The notes below the pieces were generated by a model. It saw only the letters and a program-made list of their open reading frames with translations. It ran no database searches and was not told the origin of the DNA. A stretch of DNA of 64,000 nucleotides, taken from positions 2,568,930 to 2,632,929 of the forward strand of contig NC_068994.1 of NCBI RefSeq assembly GCF_001194135.2, read 5' to 3'. Source of the stretch: Octopus bimaculoides. Taxonomy: Eukaryota. A program made the position numbers and the translations under genes. This document shows positions 26,600 through 39,290 of the stretch, in pieces (position 1 is the first letter of the stretch; each line of letters opens with the position of its first letter).

Positions 26600-26940
26600 C
26601 TTCATGAAATTCGAAGGTGGTGTTTTTTCTTCTTTCATTTTATTTTGGGGTAATATCAAATAGAGTAGGGCCTGTTTATGAAAAGTAATTCTGTGGCAGT
26701 GTATGTATGTGTTGTGAGCCTGAATTGTGTAGGGAGCATTTGAATGGGGTCCCAGCCTTTGAGGAATTCTGAATTTGTGCAAATGATGTCGTGCTCACAG
26801 CAACATTGGAAAGAATAAGTTTTAGTGTTTTAAGGTGGTCCCAATAACCAATATCACTCATGCCGTTTATTTGTCTAGTAATTGCTGTCTGGAGTGACTC
26901 AATTCTCATAATGTTTTGTTTGGTATGTGGAAACACAGGA
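26600..26940 (-). mobile_element. Degenerate CR1/L2-like LINE C-terminal fragment
   Basis: ORF 26676-26936 IESLQTAITRQINGMSDIGYWDHLKTLKL resembles the LE.IQRRAT+.I.....LSY.ERLK.L.L motif after the RT domain. Confidence 0.5.
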
Positions 26941-28102
26941 GGCAGCTATATTCTAGGCATGGCTTTTTCATGTATTTACATGTTTGTTCACTTTTCTTTG
27001 CATTTGCCTAGTTTTGCATATCACTTGTTTCTTTGTAATCTTTCAGGACTTTATCTATCCATCTACATATTCTGTGTGGATGTTCTGCATATTATTTGTA
27101 AAATTGTCTCAACGTTCGTATACACATGCTTGCATGTCTTTACCCAATTACTGCTGGCTACAGAAGGATACACTTGGCAACTTCCACTCAGCGGTGAAAC
27201 GTGCCAGTTTTGAAAGGCAAGAAGTCAGTTGCCAATAGAACGTTGAGATGTAAACATCAGTTGCTGTTGGACCGCCAAGATGAAAACACCTAGTTGCTGT
27301 TGGACCACCTAAACACCAACACCTTATTGCTGTTATTACATGCTGACAAGATGGAGTTGCTGATTTATTCGTGAGATTCTAACTCACCTTACATGCCACT
27401 CATTGGATTTGTTGTATATGCTTACAGCTTGAAATCTTCAGTTTCCAAACTTAACTAACTTGTATGCTATTGGAAATTAACTCATGTCTCACACAACACA
27501 CTGTTTAACTTGAACACTGAATACCTCGTGATGTGTTTTTTCTACTACACCAAATGTGTGATTTGCCATCAACAAATAAATTATGTTTAATTAATGAAAA
27601 AATGTTGTCTTCTGATATTTCTTACATCCACATAAACACATATCCGGAACCTTCTTACATACACACCATCCTAACTAATGTGGGATCATCTTTCTATTTT
27701 GTGAAAGTGATAACTTAACTTTTCTGTTATTCTGACCTGACCCAAAATTATAAGTAACAAAGTGTGCACGGTTGGGAAAGATGAAAAGTATACAATGAAA
27801 TAACCGAGAAGAGTGAAGTGTGTGAGAAAGAAGAAAGGGGATAAGACATTAAAAACCTGCTGACTGTCTTGCAATGGATTACAATTAGTTTCCTGACTGA
27901 AATCATGCAGATGAAATCTTTAATCATAAAAGAATCATACAAACCACATTTGACAAAACTATGTTAAAAGTGGAATTTTAATGATTTTTCTGGCAATGTA
28001 GACTTTAATAATTGCTTTCTTTTAGTAAAAGTTACATACTCATAACTAATTAATAAGCAGCTTTCTTTATTATAGTATATATATGTGTATATATACATAT
28101 AG

Positions 28103-28297
28103 TGGAGGAGCAATGGCCCAGTGGTTAGGGCAGTGGACTTGGATTTCAAAGGGCCAACCTTGTCACACTTTGTGTCACACTGAATCTTCCTGAGAACTAT
28201 GTTAAGAATACACGTGTCTGTGGAGTGCTCAGCCACTTGCACGTTAATTTCACAAGCAGGCTGTTCCGTTGATCGGATCAACTGGGACCCTTGTAGA
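28103..28297 (+). mobile_element. tRNA-derived SINE (second family)
   Basis: tRNA-like head ggagcaatggcccagtggttagggcag; body motif ttgtgtcacactgaatc..cctgagaacta also seen at about 46680-46790. Confidence 0.6.
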
Positions 28298-28344
28298 TAA
28301 AACTTACTTGGAAGAGGATGCTTGGCATTCAATCATATAATAAT

Positions 28345-28392
<48 letters not shown>

Positions 28393-29055
28393 AATGCTGT
28401 TGGACGAAGTTGGTAAGTCTCAACATAGCTGCTGTGGTGTTGTCTGGCATTGTTGCTGGAACTGGCTGTGTCTTTGTGGTCAGTGGCTAGACCTTAAAAG
28501 ATCTGGAACCAAAGATTTCCAAACAAGGAGAAGCTAGGTTTTTATAAGGAGCTGTAGGCTCAAACAGAGTAGCAAACAGGTTGTCCCACATGATCCTATT
28601 TAGAGCCTCCGACTGGTTATATGCAGCAAGTTGGCACAATCGAGTAAGAGACAAATTGTGCCAATACCAACCAACCAGAGTAGTGGACACAACATGATCC
28701 AAATAGTGGCCAAAGGTTAGCTGTTCCCTGCTACGTTTCAATGCACGTAATGCATATAATAAATAAGAGTGAGGAATTTCACCCGAGCCTATGCCACACA
28801 TACATATATATGCATATATGTACATATATACCTACATACATTCATATACATACGTACATACATAGATATATACATACATGCATACATACATTGTCAATGT
28901 ATCATATATCCCAAAAAGAAGCACACTCTAAAGCATAGAGCAGTAATGTATCTCTGCAATGTATTTATAATGTGTATATATATATATTAGAATAATAAAA
29001 ATAATAAAAAGAAGGTATTTGGTATACTACTATATATATATATATATATATATAT

Positions 29056-29193
29056 NNNNNNNNNNNNNNNNNNNNNNNNNNNNNNNNNNNNNNNNNNNNN
29101 NNNNNNNNNNNNNNNNNNNNNNNNNNNNNNNNNNNNNNNNNNNNNNNNNNNNNNNNNNNNNNNNNNNNNNNNNNNNNNNNNNNNNNNNNNNNN
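29056..29193. other. Assembly gap (138 N) after a (TA)n run
   Basis: Run of N. Confidence 1.
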
Positions 29194-29637
29194 ATCTTAT
29201 GGGGGAGAAAAATAGAGATTAACATATATAGTACAGAGTGAGTGCTTTAATCCAATTTGTTGAGATTTAGCTTTCCAATCCTGTCTGGTTTAGTTGGCAT
29301 GGTGCTACTAAATCATTGTAAAAACATCATTCTCTATCAATGATTGATGTCTTAACTCTACAGCTTAATATTGTTTCAGATTCTTTTGTTTTGAAAATGC
29401 AATATGTGGCTAAAGTGGAGAACAAATCTATAATTATGATATGAATCTATAACTTGAAAATCTTATTTGCCTGCTACTTGGAGATTTTTTTTATTGTCAC
29501 AAAAACAATATTTCTTAGTTTTAAAAAGAAATTATGTCTAAAATATGTTTCAAAATAATATTTTGAAATAAATATTTTGCTTTCCTTTCATTGCAGAAAT
29601 GCTGGGTTAATTTCATGGCTATCTTTTACCTTTCACA

Positions 29638-31998
29638 ATGGCAAGCAAAAATATGATGTTGATTGTAATATTTCTGCTCTCAGTTCAGGAGTGTATATCA
29701 ATTGACCTTACTTACACTGTCAGAGAAGAAGAAAGTCCTGGCACTTATATTGGAGACATTGCTGCTGATTCCCATTTCTTTGATACTGTCCCATCTAAGG
29801 ATTCACATTTGATAACATTCAGTGAGGTACAACGGAGAAAGACGCAGTTGTTTAATGTGAGTGAAAATGGAGGATTATATACAGCACACAAGTTGGATGC
29901 TGAATCTCTCTGTACTTTTAATAAAGAATGTAGTAGAGTTTCTAAAGTTGCTATTCGGAAGGGGAAATCTTTTTTGAAGATCCTTAAAGTGAAAATAATT
30001 ATTGAAGACATTAACGACCATCAGCCAAACTTCCCTAACTCTCATGTTAGTATCCAGTTTTCAGAACGAGATAGCAAAGGATCACAGCTAACTATCCCCA
30101 ATGCTATTGATAAAGACATATTCTCCCAAAATCACATGATCAATTATCATTTAAAAAAAATTGATGGTGAACCATTTTCATTGTCTGTTACTAAAAGAGT
30201 TGATGGCATATCCTCCTTAAAGATTATTTTAGAAACAAAATTAGATCGAGAAGTAAAAGATACATATAATATTGAAGTTGTAGCAAAAGATGGTGGTTCC
30301 CCACCAAAGCAGAGCAGCTTAAATGTAGAAATTACAGTTAAAGATGAAAATGATAATCAGCCAGTCTTCTCACAGAATGTTTATAATATATCTATAGAAA
30401 GTACACATGAATTAGACAGACCAGTGTTGAAGTTATCTGCTAATGATCTAGATATTGGCAATAATGGTATTGTTTCTTATGATTTTAGTCCTATGAACTC
30501 AAATAATATGAAAACTAAATTTCGTTTGAATCAACGGACTGGGGAAATTTTTTTAACCAAACAGACTCATGTTGAGGAAAAGAATAATTTTGAGTTGTAC
30601 ATCGAAGCCAGAGATGGAGGCAGCCCTCCTCTCAGTTCCATAGCCACCATTCAGATAAAAGTTATCAATCATCACAATAATCCTCCAAATATTGATATAG
30701 ACTTTGTCTCAGCTATCAACGACAACACAGCAACCATTTTCGAAGATATCAAAGTTGGTAGTTTCATTGCTTATGTGATGGTCACTGACAATGATGTTGG
30801 ACACAATGGAGAGGTGAACTGTCATATCAAAGACGACACATTCAAACTACAGTCAATGGGATCAAAGGAATATAAAATAGTTCTAAAGAAAGCAGTAGAC
30901 AGAGAGACAGAGGAACATTATCACTTTACTGTGTCGTGTGAAGATAAAGGATTACCTGCTCTGAAAACTGATAAAGATCTGTCAATCCAAGTGTTAGATG
31001 TGAATGATGTAGAACCACACTTTACGAAAGACACATTCAAGTTCCTTACCTACGAGAATGACAAAGCTAATTTCCCTATTGGCTTTATCAATGCTACAGA
31101 CCCAGATATTGGTAAGGGAGGTGAATTGTCTTATTCTCTGAGAAATAAACAGCAATATCGTCTGCCATTCCAGATTATCAACTCTGGCTTTATTTCAACA
31201 AACCAGTCTTTAGACAGAGAACACAGAGATTTCTATGAGTTTGAGGTTTTTGTGAAAGACAATGGAACACCATCTCTGAACAACACAGTGAATGTTGAAG
31301 TGGAAGTATTGGATAGAAATGATAATGCTCCATATTTTACATTTCCTAGTGTTGATCCTTTCACTCTTGATGTCCACTATCATCCGCAAAGTAAGAACGA
31401 CATCACAGTTCTGAAAGCGTCTGATATAGACAGTCACATGAATGCTTTTCTCAAGTATGAAATCGTTTCAGGTAACGAGAGACAGTTATTTAAGCTGGAT
31501 TCATTCACTGGTGTGTTATCTTACTCTCGCACAGTTTACCAAAATGATGCCGGATCATATGAGCTTGAGTTTGTTGTGAAAGACAGTGGTACTCCAGTTC
31601 TGTCAGCAACAACTAGCATCTCTTTGACACTGACTGTTAGTAATAAGACATCACCAATGTTTACAGCTGTCCACCTACCAAGTGATAACACCATAGATGC
31701 CACATTGTTGATTATCATTGTAGTAGCAGCTGTGATAGTATCTATAGCTATTGTGGTTTCTATAACACTGTGTATTATTCGAGGTAATGTGAGACATGGC
31801 TCATCTAGAACAGAAAATAAACAGGCATATCAATGTCAGAATGAGATGAGACAGTTGATCTATCAAGGTAACAACAGTGTATCTGTGATGTCAGGTAATC
31901 GAGGAGAGACGTCAGACAGATATGGTCATTCGAGGAGCCAATATTATCCTGAAGACTGGAATACTCCAACTGTTCCAAGACTGCCAAAGTCATTAAAG
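29638..31998 (+). CDS. Pcdh: Protocadherin gene A, large exon (signal peptide, EC1-EC6, TM, juxtamembrane tail; 787 codons)
   Basis: Cadherin motifs (DINDHQPNF, LDRE, DENDNQPVF, DVNDVEPHF, DRNDNAPYF), EC1 Cys-X5-Cys (CTFNKEC), TM LLIIIVVAAVIVSIAIVVSITLCII. Acceptor ttgcag| at 29597; donor AAG|gtaagt at 31999, phase 0. The ORF track runs on into the intron to 32034. Confidence 0.95.
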
Positions 31999-32456
31999 GT
32001 AAGTTTCCTTTGTTCCAAGTATTTTAATTCATAATAGGGTTTGGGGGATTTTAACAATAGTGTCAATTCAATTTTACCTGTCACAATTATTCAAAACAAA
32101 TGATGCAAAAAATAAGAGGCCCTAAACTTACACAAGAACAATACGAAATGCTAGAAAAAATATTCGAATTTTTGCTGGCTATGTCTGTATATAAAGTAAA
32201 GAATATGACCCCAAGATGAAAATTACTTTTTGGTTAAAAACTTTGTAGGTTATGCTTCTCATGGAGTCACCCTATTTTCCTCTAATGAATTTGTAGTGTA
32301 TTCCTTTAAGTCATGTACTAATCTTTTATCATGACTCTAGCTTACGCCCCTAATTATATTTCTCTAATAGTCTTAACCAACTTTTATGAATTTATTACAA
32401 ATACATGTTTTCTGTACTGTATCAGTTATTATTACGACTCACATTCCACACTCCAG

Positions 32457-32559
32457 CCTATTCTGTGGTTTGATGTCATGATGACTGGCCAGAGACAGAC
32501 AGTGGTGGAAGAGGTCCAGGGAGGGGTTCCTCCTTCAGGAGTGATGATACCCTGGAAGT
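32457..32559 (+). other. Candidate alternative tail exon of gene A (103 nt, phase 0 to 1)
   Basis: GC-rich island; ctccag| acceptor with upstream ctcac branch-like site; |gtaagt donor at 32560; open frame PILWFDVMMTGQRQTVVEEVQGGVPPSGVMIPWK. Confidence 0.35.
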
Positions 32560-33329
32560 GTAAGTGAAAGTTGTACTGCAGTGGATATAGGAGTGGGGGT
32601 GGATGTGCTACTGAACCTTAACTTTGCTTACATGTCATACTTTACATATGTATTCACATATATGTATGTACACACACACACACACACATTATAATACCTT
32701 CAAATCCCTTCCATAAGCACTGCTCCCCTTAGTGTTGATTCTCTGTAATGTTTTGACTTTTTGGAGACAATATTCTCAGTGGGATAATAATACATAAAAA
32801 TAAAGAAAGAATTTACAAAAAAAAAAAACAGGTAGTTTCCATAGGTCCAACTAGGGACCCATAGAATTCCTTTTTTTGATTTTGACGCTTAAATTTTGTA
32901 TTTCTTAATGTTGTTTGTATTTTAAAGATTTTTATGATAATGAGTTACATTGAGATTATCAAGAAAAAAGATATTGATCATAGAAGCCTCAAACTGTCCC
33001 TGATTATTGTCTTCTTCTTTGAGCCTTTCTCAAATTAAACAGTTGTTCTCCATTCTTTCTTTCTCAAAGTTCTTACTGATGTTCTTTCAGTTGGTTTTTG
33101 CTCAGCTTATTCAGTTGCACTTTTCTCCTTCATTATGTTGGATATAGTCAACACATTGTTCACTCTTTGTGTTCTCTCTTCTCAAATCTGTTGACTTTTA
33201 ACTTTGATACTATAGCTATCCTGTACATTTGTGATCAGTGATGTTAGCTCAACTTATCTTTTGGCTTTATCTTAAGCTTACTCTTTTTTCTTGCTTTTGT
33301 TCTTCTCTCATCCTTTGCCTGTGTCTCAT

Positions 33330-33440
33330 GCTAAAAAGCTCAACCATTTCCACATGTATTGCCTAAGGAAGATTCTAGGCATAAAAATACCAGCATAGGA
33401 TTCCTGATACAAAGATTTTCAGAGATGCAAAACCAGGGGC
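33330..33440 (+). mobile_element. Short RTE/BovB-like LINE fragment
   Basis: Translates KLNHFHMYCLRKILGIK / RIPDTKIFRDA, typical of the RTE C-terminal region. Confidence 0.5.
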
Positions 33441-34169
33441 CCTAAGGCATTTGAATCATCAGGGATCTGCATAGCAACTGCTAAAAGAAAAGCTTGTGAA
33501 TCCTATCTTAGCAATCCTATGTGTGCTGTCTGTGGCAACTACTTCCTTGCCAGAACAGACATTTTTGTCCACAGCAAGACACATAAACAAGCAATCTTCT
33601 TCTGTCTTTCTTTGTTTCTTTCCCTCAGGGTCAGTGTTGGGAGGCAGTTGCTATGTCATCATGACTGTGATTTTGACAAACAAGCTATCATTACCATCAT
33701 GTGCACGTATGTGTGTGTGCATGCGTCTGTGTGTGTGTGTATGGGTGTATGTATATGTTTGTTAGTGTGCTTTTTACCCCCACTCTCCACCCAGGACCTT
33801 TTAAGATTTAAAGAGAAAATCTGTTTTCTTTATCATCATCATCATCATCAGTACCATCGTCATATTTACCACATTCAATCATAACCATACCATTCTACAC
33901 CATCCTCATCACCACCATCATTTCAACCACCACCATTATCACAGTTGGGTGATTTGAGGAAGATTCTACTGCTGTTTCTAACAGGCCAAACTACTACATA
34001 GAGGCTCCCTGTAAATCAGAATACGTGATCTGATCAATAAGTATCTGTTGCCATAGTGATGAAGCTAAAGCACGCAGAGTGAAGCTGCTTGGCACAGATT
34101 GAGCTTGAACTTTACTGTGCATATGCACTAAGTTTTAACACTCTAGCTCACTTCCACTGTTTACAGCAG

Positions 34170-34450
34170 TGCTTGGAAGGAAGGTGTGTAGCGTGTGATC
34201 ATCACATTGACCATGACAGAAAAAGTTGAGCAGAGAATCTACATCAAATTTTGCCAAAAGCTTGGCAATACCTGTTCAGAGGCCTATACAAAGTTTTCAA
34301 AAAGTTTTCATTGTTCTCGACACAAGGAGATCTTGTGCAACTGAAACGTGAGTGTATTTTTGGTCAGCTGAAAGCAGTTTTGGCACAAAGTTGGCAGACA
34401 CGCATCTCATACCCAAATCTTCAGTGATAATGAACTGAACTGAACTGTTG
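34170..34450 (+). mobile_element. Internally deleted mariner relic
   Basis: atgacagaaaaagttgagcagagaatctacatcaaattttgccaaaag (MTEKVEQRIYIKFCQK) is homologous to about 9000-9040. Confidence 0.55.
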
Positions 34451-35819
34451 CTGCAGTTTCAGCTGGTTAATCTCAAGACTGCTCTAATCTGGCCAACCCC
34501 AAGGAAATCTAAGTTAAGAGCACTAGATTCTTTGGAAGAAAGCAAGCGAATGTATAGAAAACAAGGACGAAAAGAAAAAAAAAACAGAGAAATGTTATAC
34601 AATTACAAATTGCAAACAGGACATTAACAACAAGTGTCTTTCGACTAAGAACGAACTAAATTAAGCTGACTTGAGGTTACTTGATCAGCTATAAATTGCC
34701 GATTTCACATCTTGCTGTCTTAATAAGAGGCAATACATACATGCTGAATAATGTAGTCTTAGATACACTATTCCTGAAAATAAAATGTGAACGTCATGGC
34801 TGGAATGTGTTTGATGATTTGTTTACTCAAATCAGGATTGACCTAAGTTGAACAACAACAGCTGTTGGTTAGTAACACTCCCATGAGACGATAAGGGGGG
34901 ATGGGGCAGCAATCAGAGAATTAGAACCAATTAAATACTGGTCTACTTAAGATTGTAATTCAGGATTATACAAATTAAATTAGATAAGAAATGTGTTTCA
35001 ATCTACTATGTATTAATAATCAAATTAGAAATAAGGTGAATTGCTAGTGTTGTTAGGATAAAATATATAATGTAAGATTTAAAATGGTGTAAGCAGAAAA
35101 ACCGAACACTGAACTATATAGAAAATAGTGAAGCTAAACTAGAAAGATTACACTATGATGGAATTATACTGGGAATTGAGCTAATATTTGACTCTGATTT
35201 TCACACAACATTCTTTGCTAGTTTAATCACTCAGTGGCTAGTGCAGAATAATCAATAATTCAGTGTTTTTAAACTTAAAACTAAGCATTTTCTTGATAGT
35301 CTAGAGAAAGCTGATAAGTCTGCAGAGGATAAAACAACATAACATTCAATAGAGTCAATCTATGTATGGGAAGATTGTATGATAACTGTAACAGTTTTCA
35401 CAAAAGATCAGGTTTGTATAAAAAGTGAAAGACTACAAAATAGTGTTTGTAATGTGTTTTGACCTCTGTAAAATAACAGTTTGTTGAGGCTTTAATCTTT
35501 TGTATAAAGAAAATTGAAGCCATTCAAATTAGTTTAAAAAGATGTTTTTTGTATTTTTAGAATATTAAGGTGTATGTTGTTATGTTGCAGACAACTGTCT
35601 CAGTCAGATTTTATTTCCTCATCTGCCTTGACAGTAACACAATGGTCATTTCTAGTCTAGGCTAAATTCCAGACAGCCAGTGTTCTCAAATATCAGGTCA
35701 TTAAGAATGAAATGTCCAATTTTCTTGTGCACCAAGTTTGACAGTCGTTAACTCTAATGTTTTATCCTAACAATTCTTTGTTTTACAACATTGAAGAGTT
35801 ACATCATCACTTTTCGAAA

Positions 35820-36230
35820 TGCAATTCATGGTGGATAGATAAAAAAAAATCATGTTGTTTATGGATATGAGTTCCGTTTTGGAACCAATGAATCCCAGAC
35901 AGCTCAAAACATCAATGGGGTGTTTGGTGAAGATGTGGTGAATGAGCACACTACAGTGTTTGAGAAGTTCCTGTCTGGTGGCTTTATCTTGAAAATCAGC
36001 CCTGTGGTAGACCTGAGACCAAGGTGGATAATGATGTGCTGGAAACTGTAGTGGAAGCAGATGCATCTCAAACAACACGTGACTTGGCAGCAAAGTTTGA
36101 TGTTTTGATTCCAACTGTATTGGACCATTTGAAACAAACTGACAAGGTAAAGAAGCTGGACAAGTGGGTACCACATGAACTGAATGAGCATCAAATGACA
36201 CGTCATCTTGAAACTTGCTGTTCTCAATAA
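35820..36230 (+). mobile_element. Mariner (Mos1/Hsmar-like) transposase N-terminal fragment
   Basis: DNDVLETVVEADASQTTRDLAAKFDV..TVLDHLKQTDKVKKLDKWVPHELNEHQ: HTH plus the WVPHEL motif. Confidence 0.85.
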
Positions 36231-36872
36231 AAAGTCTTGCATTATATATAATTGTATATATTTTTTGTCATTACACCTTCAATATGGTCTTAAGGAATGA
36301 ATGGAAGAAAAAAGTGCTAAAGTAGCTTGAAGAAGCCATCTGTGTGTTACAAGGGAAATTGGACATGTACGATAATTTATATGTTCAAAATATATCCCGG
36401 TGGATAATGATAGATAATATGTTTCTGGAATTTTGATTATTTGTAAGATATGAAAAATACATGAAAGTAAACAAAACTAAATAGGCAGTTCTTGAATCTA
36501 GGACATTATTTTCACTTTTGTCATTGTACATTATCTTTTCTGGGAGTCATATCTGTGCCCAACGTGTTCATCATAAGCTTGAAATATTTAGATATTTCAA
36601 TCCTGTCATAACCAATAGAACACAAAATGTATCAGACGCAACCAAAAACTCAAACTAATATAAGAAAAATAGCCAACTCAAAAACCTTTCTATCCATAAC
36701 GCACCGCAAGCAAGTAAACCCAAGAATGAGCTATTTACAACCACTCCACGAAATACAAGAGATGACAATGACCAAAGTGATGACCCCTCTTTTAAGACAG
36801 GGAGTGTACATCAGTGATACACTATTCTGCCCTGGAAAAATAATTAAATTAATCTTTTTCTTTAATTATATC

Positions 36873-36913
<41 letters not shown>

Positions 36914-38091
36914 AAGAGAGAGAGCGTAGAACACTAAGCTAACTGGAAAATGGTTTGCAGATTTTCAGTGCAACAAGGATATTGTTTCACATAGAAAACA
37001 CTGAAACCTAAGGAAGCTATTGTGATAGACAGAGAATTACTGGGGACTCAACATGTCCAGAAATATTACTGACTTTCTGGTGACAGATTAAAAACTGTAA
37101 TTTAGGAATTACATAACAATGCCGATGAGAAATGAGAAACTATTTCATTTTGCTCTTGAAGCAAGAAATAACCTTTTATATTGCAACTCACTGGCAATTA
37201 GTATATGACAACACACTTCAACTAATAACTGTATATGCAATTAATAATGTGTACACCTATATGTTTTATTATTAATTTTATCCCTGCACCTGAAGAAGCC
37301 ATAGTATCTCAAGAATGTGTTAGCTGCCAACAACTAGCTAGCGATATTGACTCAATGAAATATTTTCCTAATGCTTCCACATCACTAATTTACATCAAGC
37401 TGAGGAATATCAGTAAGTTCTCTAGCAAAACTGGGAGGAAATCCCACAGCTAAACTATGTATGCCAATCTTAAGTCAGAGATCTAAGTATTGAATTATTG
37501 ACATGAAAGCTTGGTCGGCTTCCTCAGCCCACTTCAATGTCATTTGACACATCGTAGAGCACAGAATTTACTATTTACTTGAAGTTGCTTTCATTTCAAA
37601 TCTAATGTTCCACTGACATCTCAACATATCTCTGGGATGGTAAATACTCCTTTCACTGTCACCCCTCTCCTCCACCTACAAAACAGTACTTACTTTTTTT
37701 CTGTTTTTCTTTCTTCCTCCCACCTCTCCCTGTTACTCTTCCTTTCTTTATCTACCCCTCTCTCTAACTGTCTTTTTGCCTTTCTTCACCTCACCCCCAC
37801 TACTCTCAGACTCTTTTCCTTTCTCTCTACAATTGGTTTATGAAACAACTGTCTTCTCTTGTAATGCAGAAAATTCAATATTTTCAATTATTGGAAAGAA
37901 AATATAAACATTTTAAATAGCTGTAAACTTCCTGACAACAATAGACTGAAGGAAACTACAGATTTACTTAACATTTTTATTCTCTTCCAACTGCAGTAAA
38001 TTAAAGATTATTTCATAAACAATAGCAGACTCTGAATCATATATTAACAATTTCTAAAGTTTTCTACCCTGGAAACCATTTTACTGCTTTC

Positions 38092-38137
<46 letters not shown>

Positions 38138-39059
38138 AATCTCTCTCTCTCTGTCTCTCTCAATCTCTGTGCTGACATACATACACTCACTGGTTGTTAT
38201 AGAGGTGCTAGTTCTCACTCAGTTACTGTCTCAATAATCTATACGAGACAATTTACTGCATCAGAGGAATACTCAGTCTTTTTATTCTTATAATGTTTAT
38301 TCTCTGTTAATCTCTCTTATAACTGTTGTCTGCTTACTTGTCACACTAGTCTTACCAACTTTTTCTGATCAAGACTTCCTTCTTGGTGCTTTTAGACTCT
38401 ACCATTAACAATAACCTTTACAAGTCCAATTTACTAATTAAGAGGAGAATTTAAAGAGGAGTGTTAAGTAAACAGTTTGGAAGGTGTTAAAGGTAATATG
38501 TCAATAAATCAACACATCACTGGTAAAAGTATGTTTCTTTATGACTATTTCACCTGCAAGAAATAACAGCTAAATCTCTTCTACTGAGTTTGAAAAGGAT
38601 ACCTTAGATAATATAGTGACAGACACCACCTTTGACCAAAAAGAAATGCCATGGCTGGAATGCCGTTGATCATAGTTCTGCTTGATAAGAAATTGACCTG
38701 AGGCTAAGCAACAATAAGAACAACCACTTCATTTCGGGGTCAGGTGCATTTTCCTTGATCTCAGCTGACTTTCACAGGTCTCAAACATAACTTGCTGATT
38801 TCATATTAATTCTGCATTGATAAGCATGGTTTATGTCTGCTGAAGTTCCTAAAGATACCCAAACAGTGAATTCCATAAATCATTTGATAATAAACAAGAA
38901 GTGCTATCTGAAATTATTTGCTTTCATTGGATTGTCTTATTTTGATTTCAGTTTTAAACACTAATCCTATGAACACCTCTCAAACCTTTAGATTGTTATA
39001 TAACCTACTAGAAATAGCAGTCATATCTTCGAATTACTCTCTATATCCCTTTAAAATTG

Positions 39060-39290
39060 GATACATGCCAGTACCATCTGACTGGCCCTCATGCTGGTGG
39101 CACATAAAAAGCACCCACTAGACTCTCAGAGTGGTTGGCGTTAGGAACAACATCTAGCTGTAGAAACTTTGCCAGATCTGATTGGAGCCTGGTGTAGCCT
39201 TCTGGCTTGCCAGTCCTTAGTCAAACCATCCAACCCATGCCAGCATGGAAAGCGGACATTAAACAACAATGATGATGAGGATGATGACAT
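39060..39290 (+). mobile_element. RTE-LINE 3' end with (GAT)n tail
   Basis: ..gcatggaaagcggacattaaacaacaatgatgatgag. Confidence 0.75.

Noticed and set aside
28487-28825. - strand 112-aa ORF (HYLDHVVSTTLVGWYWHNLSLTRL...)
   Set aside because: Looks TE-derived, but no family could be assigned; its 5' part is microsatellite; not supportable as a gene.
31999-32034. C-terminal extensions of the ORF-track Pcdh proteins (VSFLCSKYFNS; 53095-53181 VSLFSFYY...)
   Set aside because: They begin at consensus gtaagt donors in both genes; best read as intron, although intron-retained short isoforms cannot be excluded.
38697-38710. 14-nt reverse-complement match (cctgaggctaagca) to the 82-bp element
   Set aside because: It lies within a dispersed repeat end (similar at about 2776, 3965 and 46345); probably coincidental.
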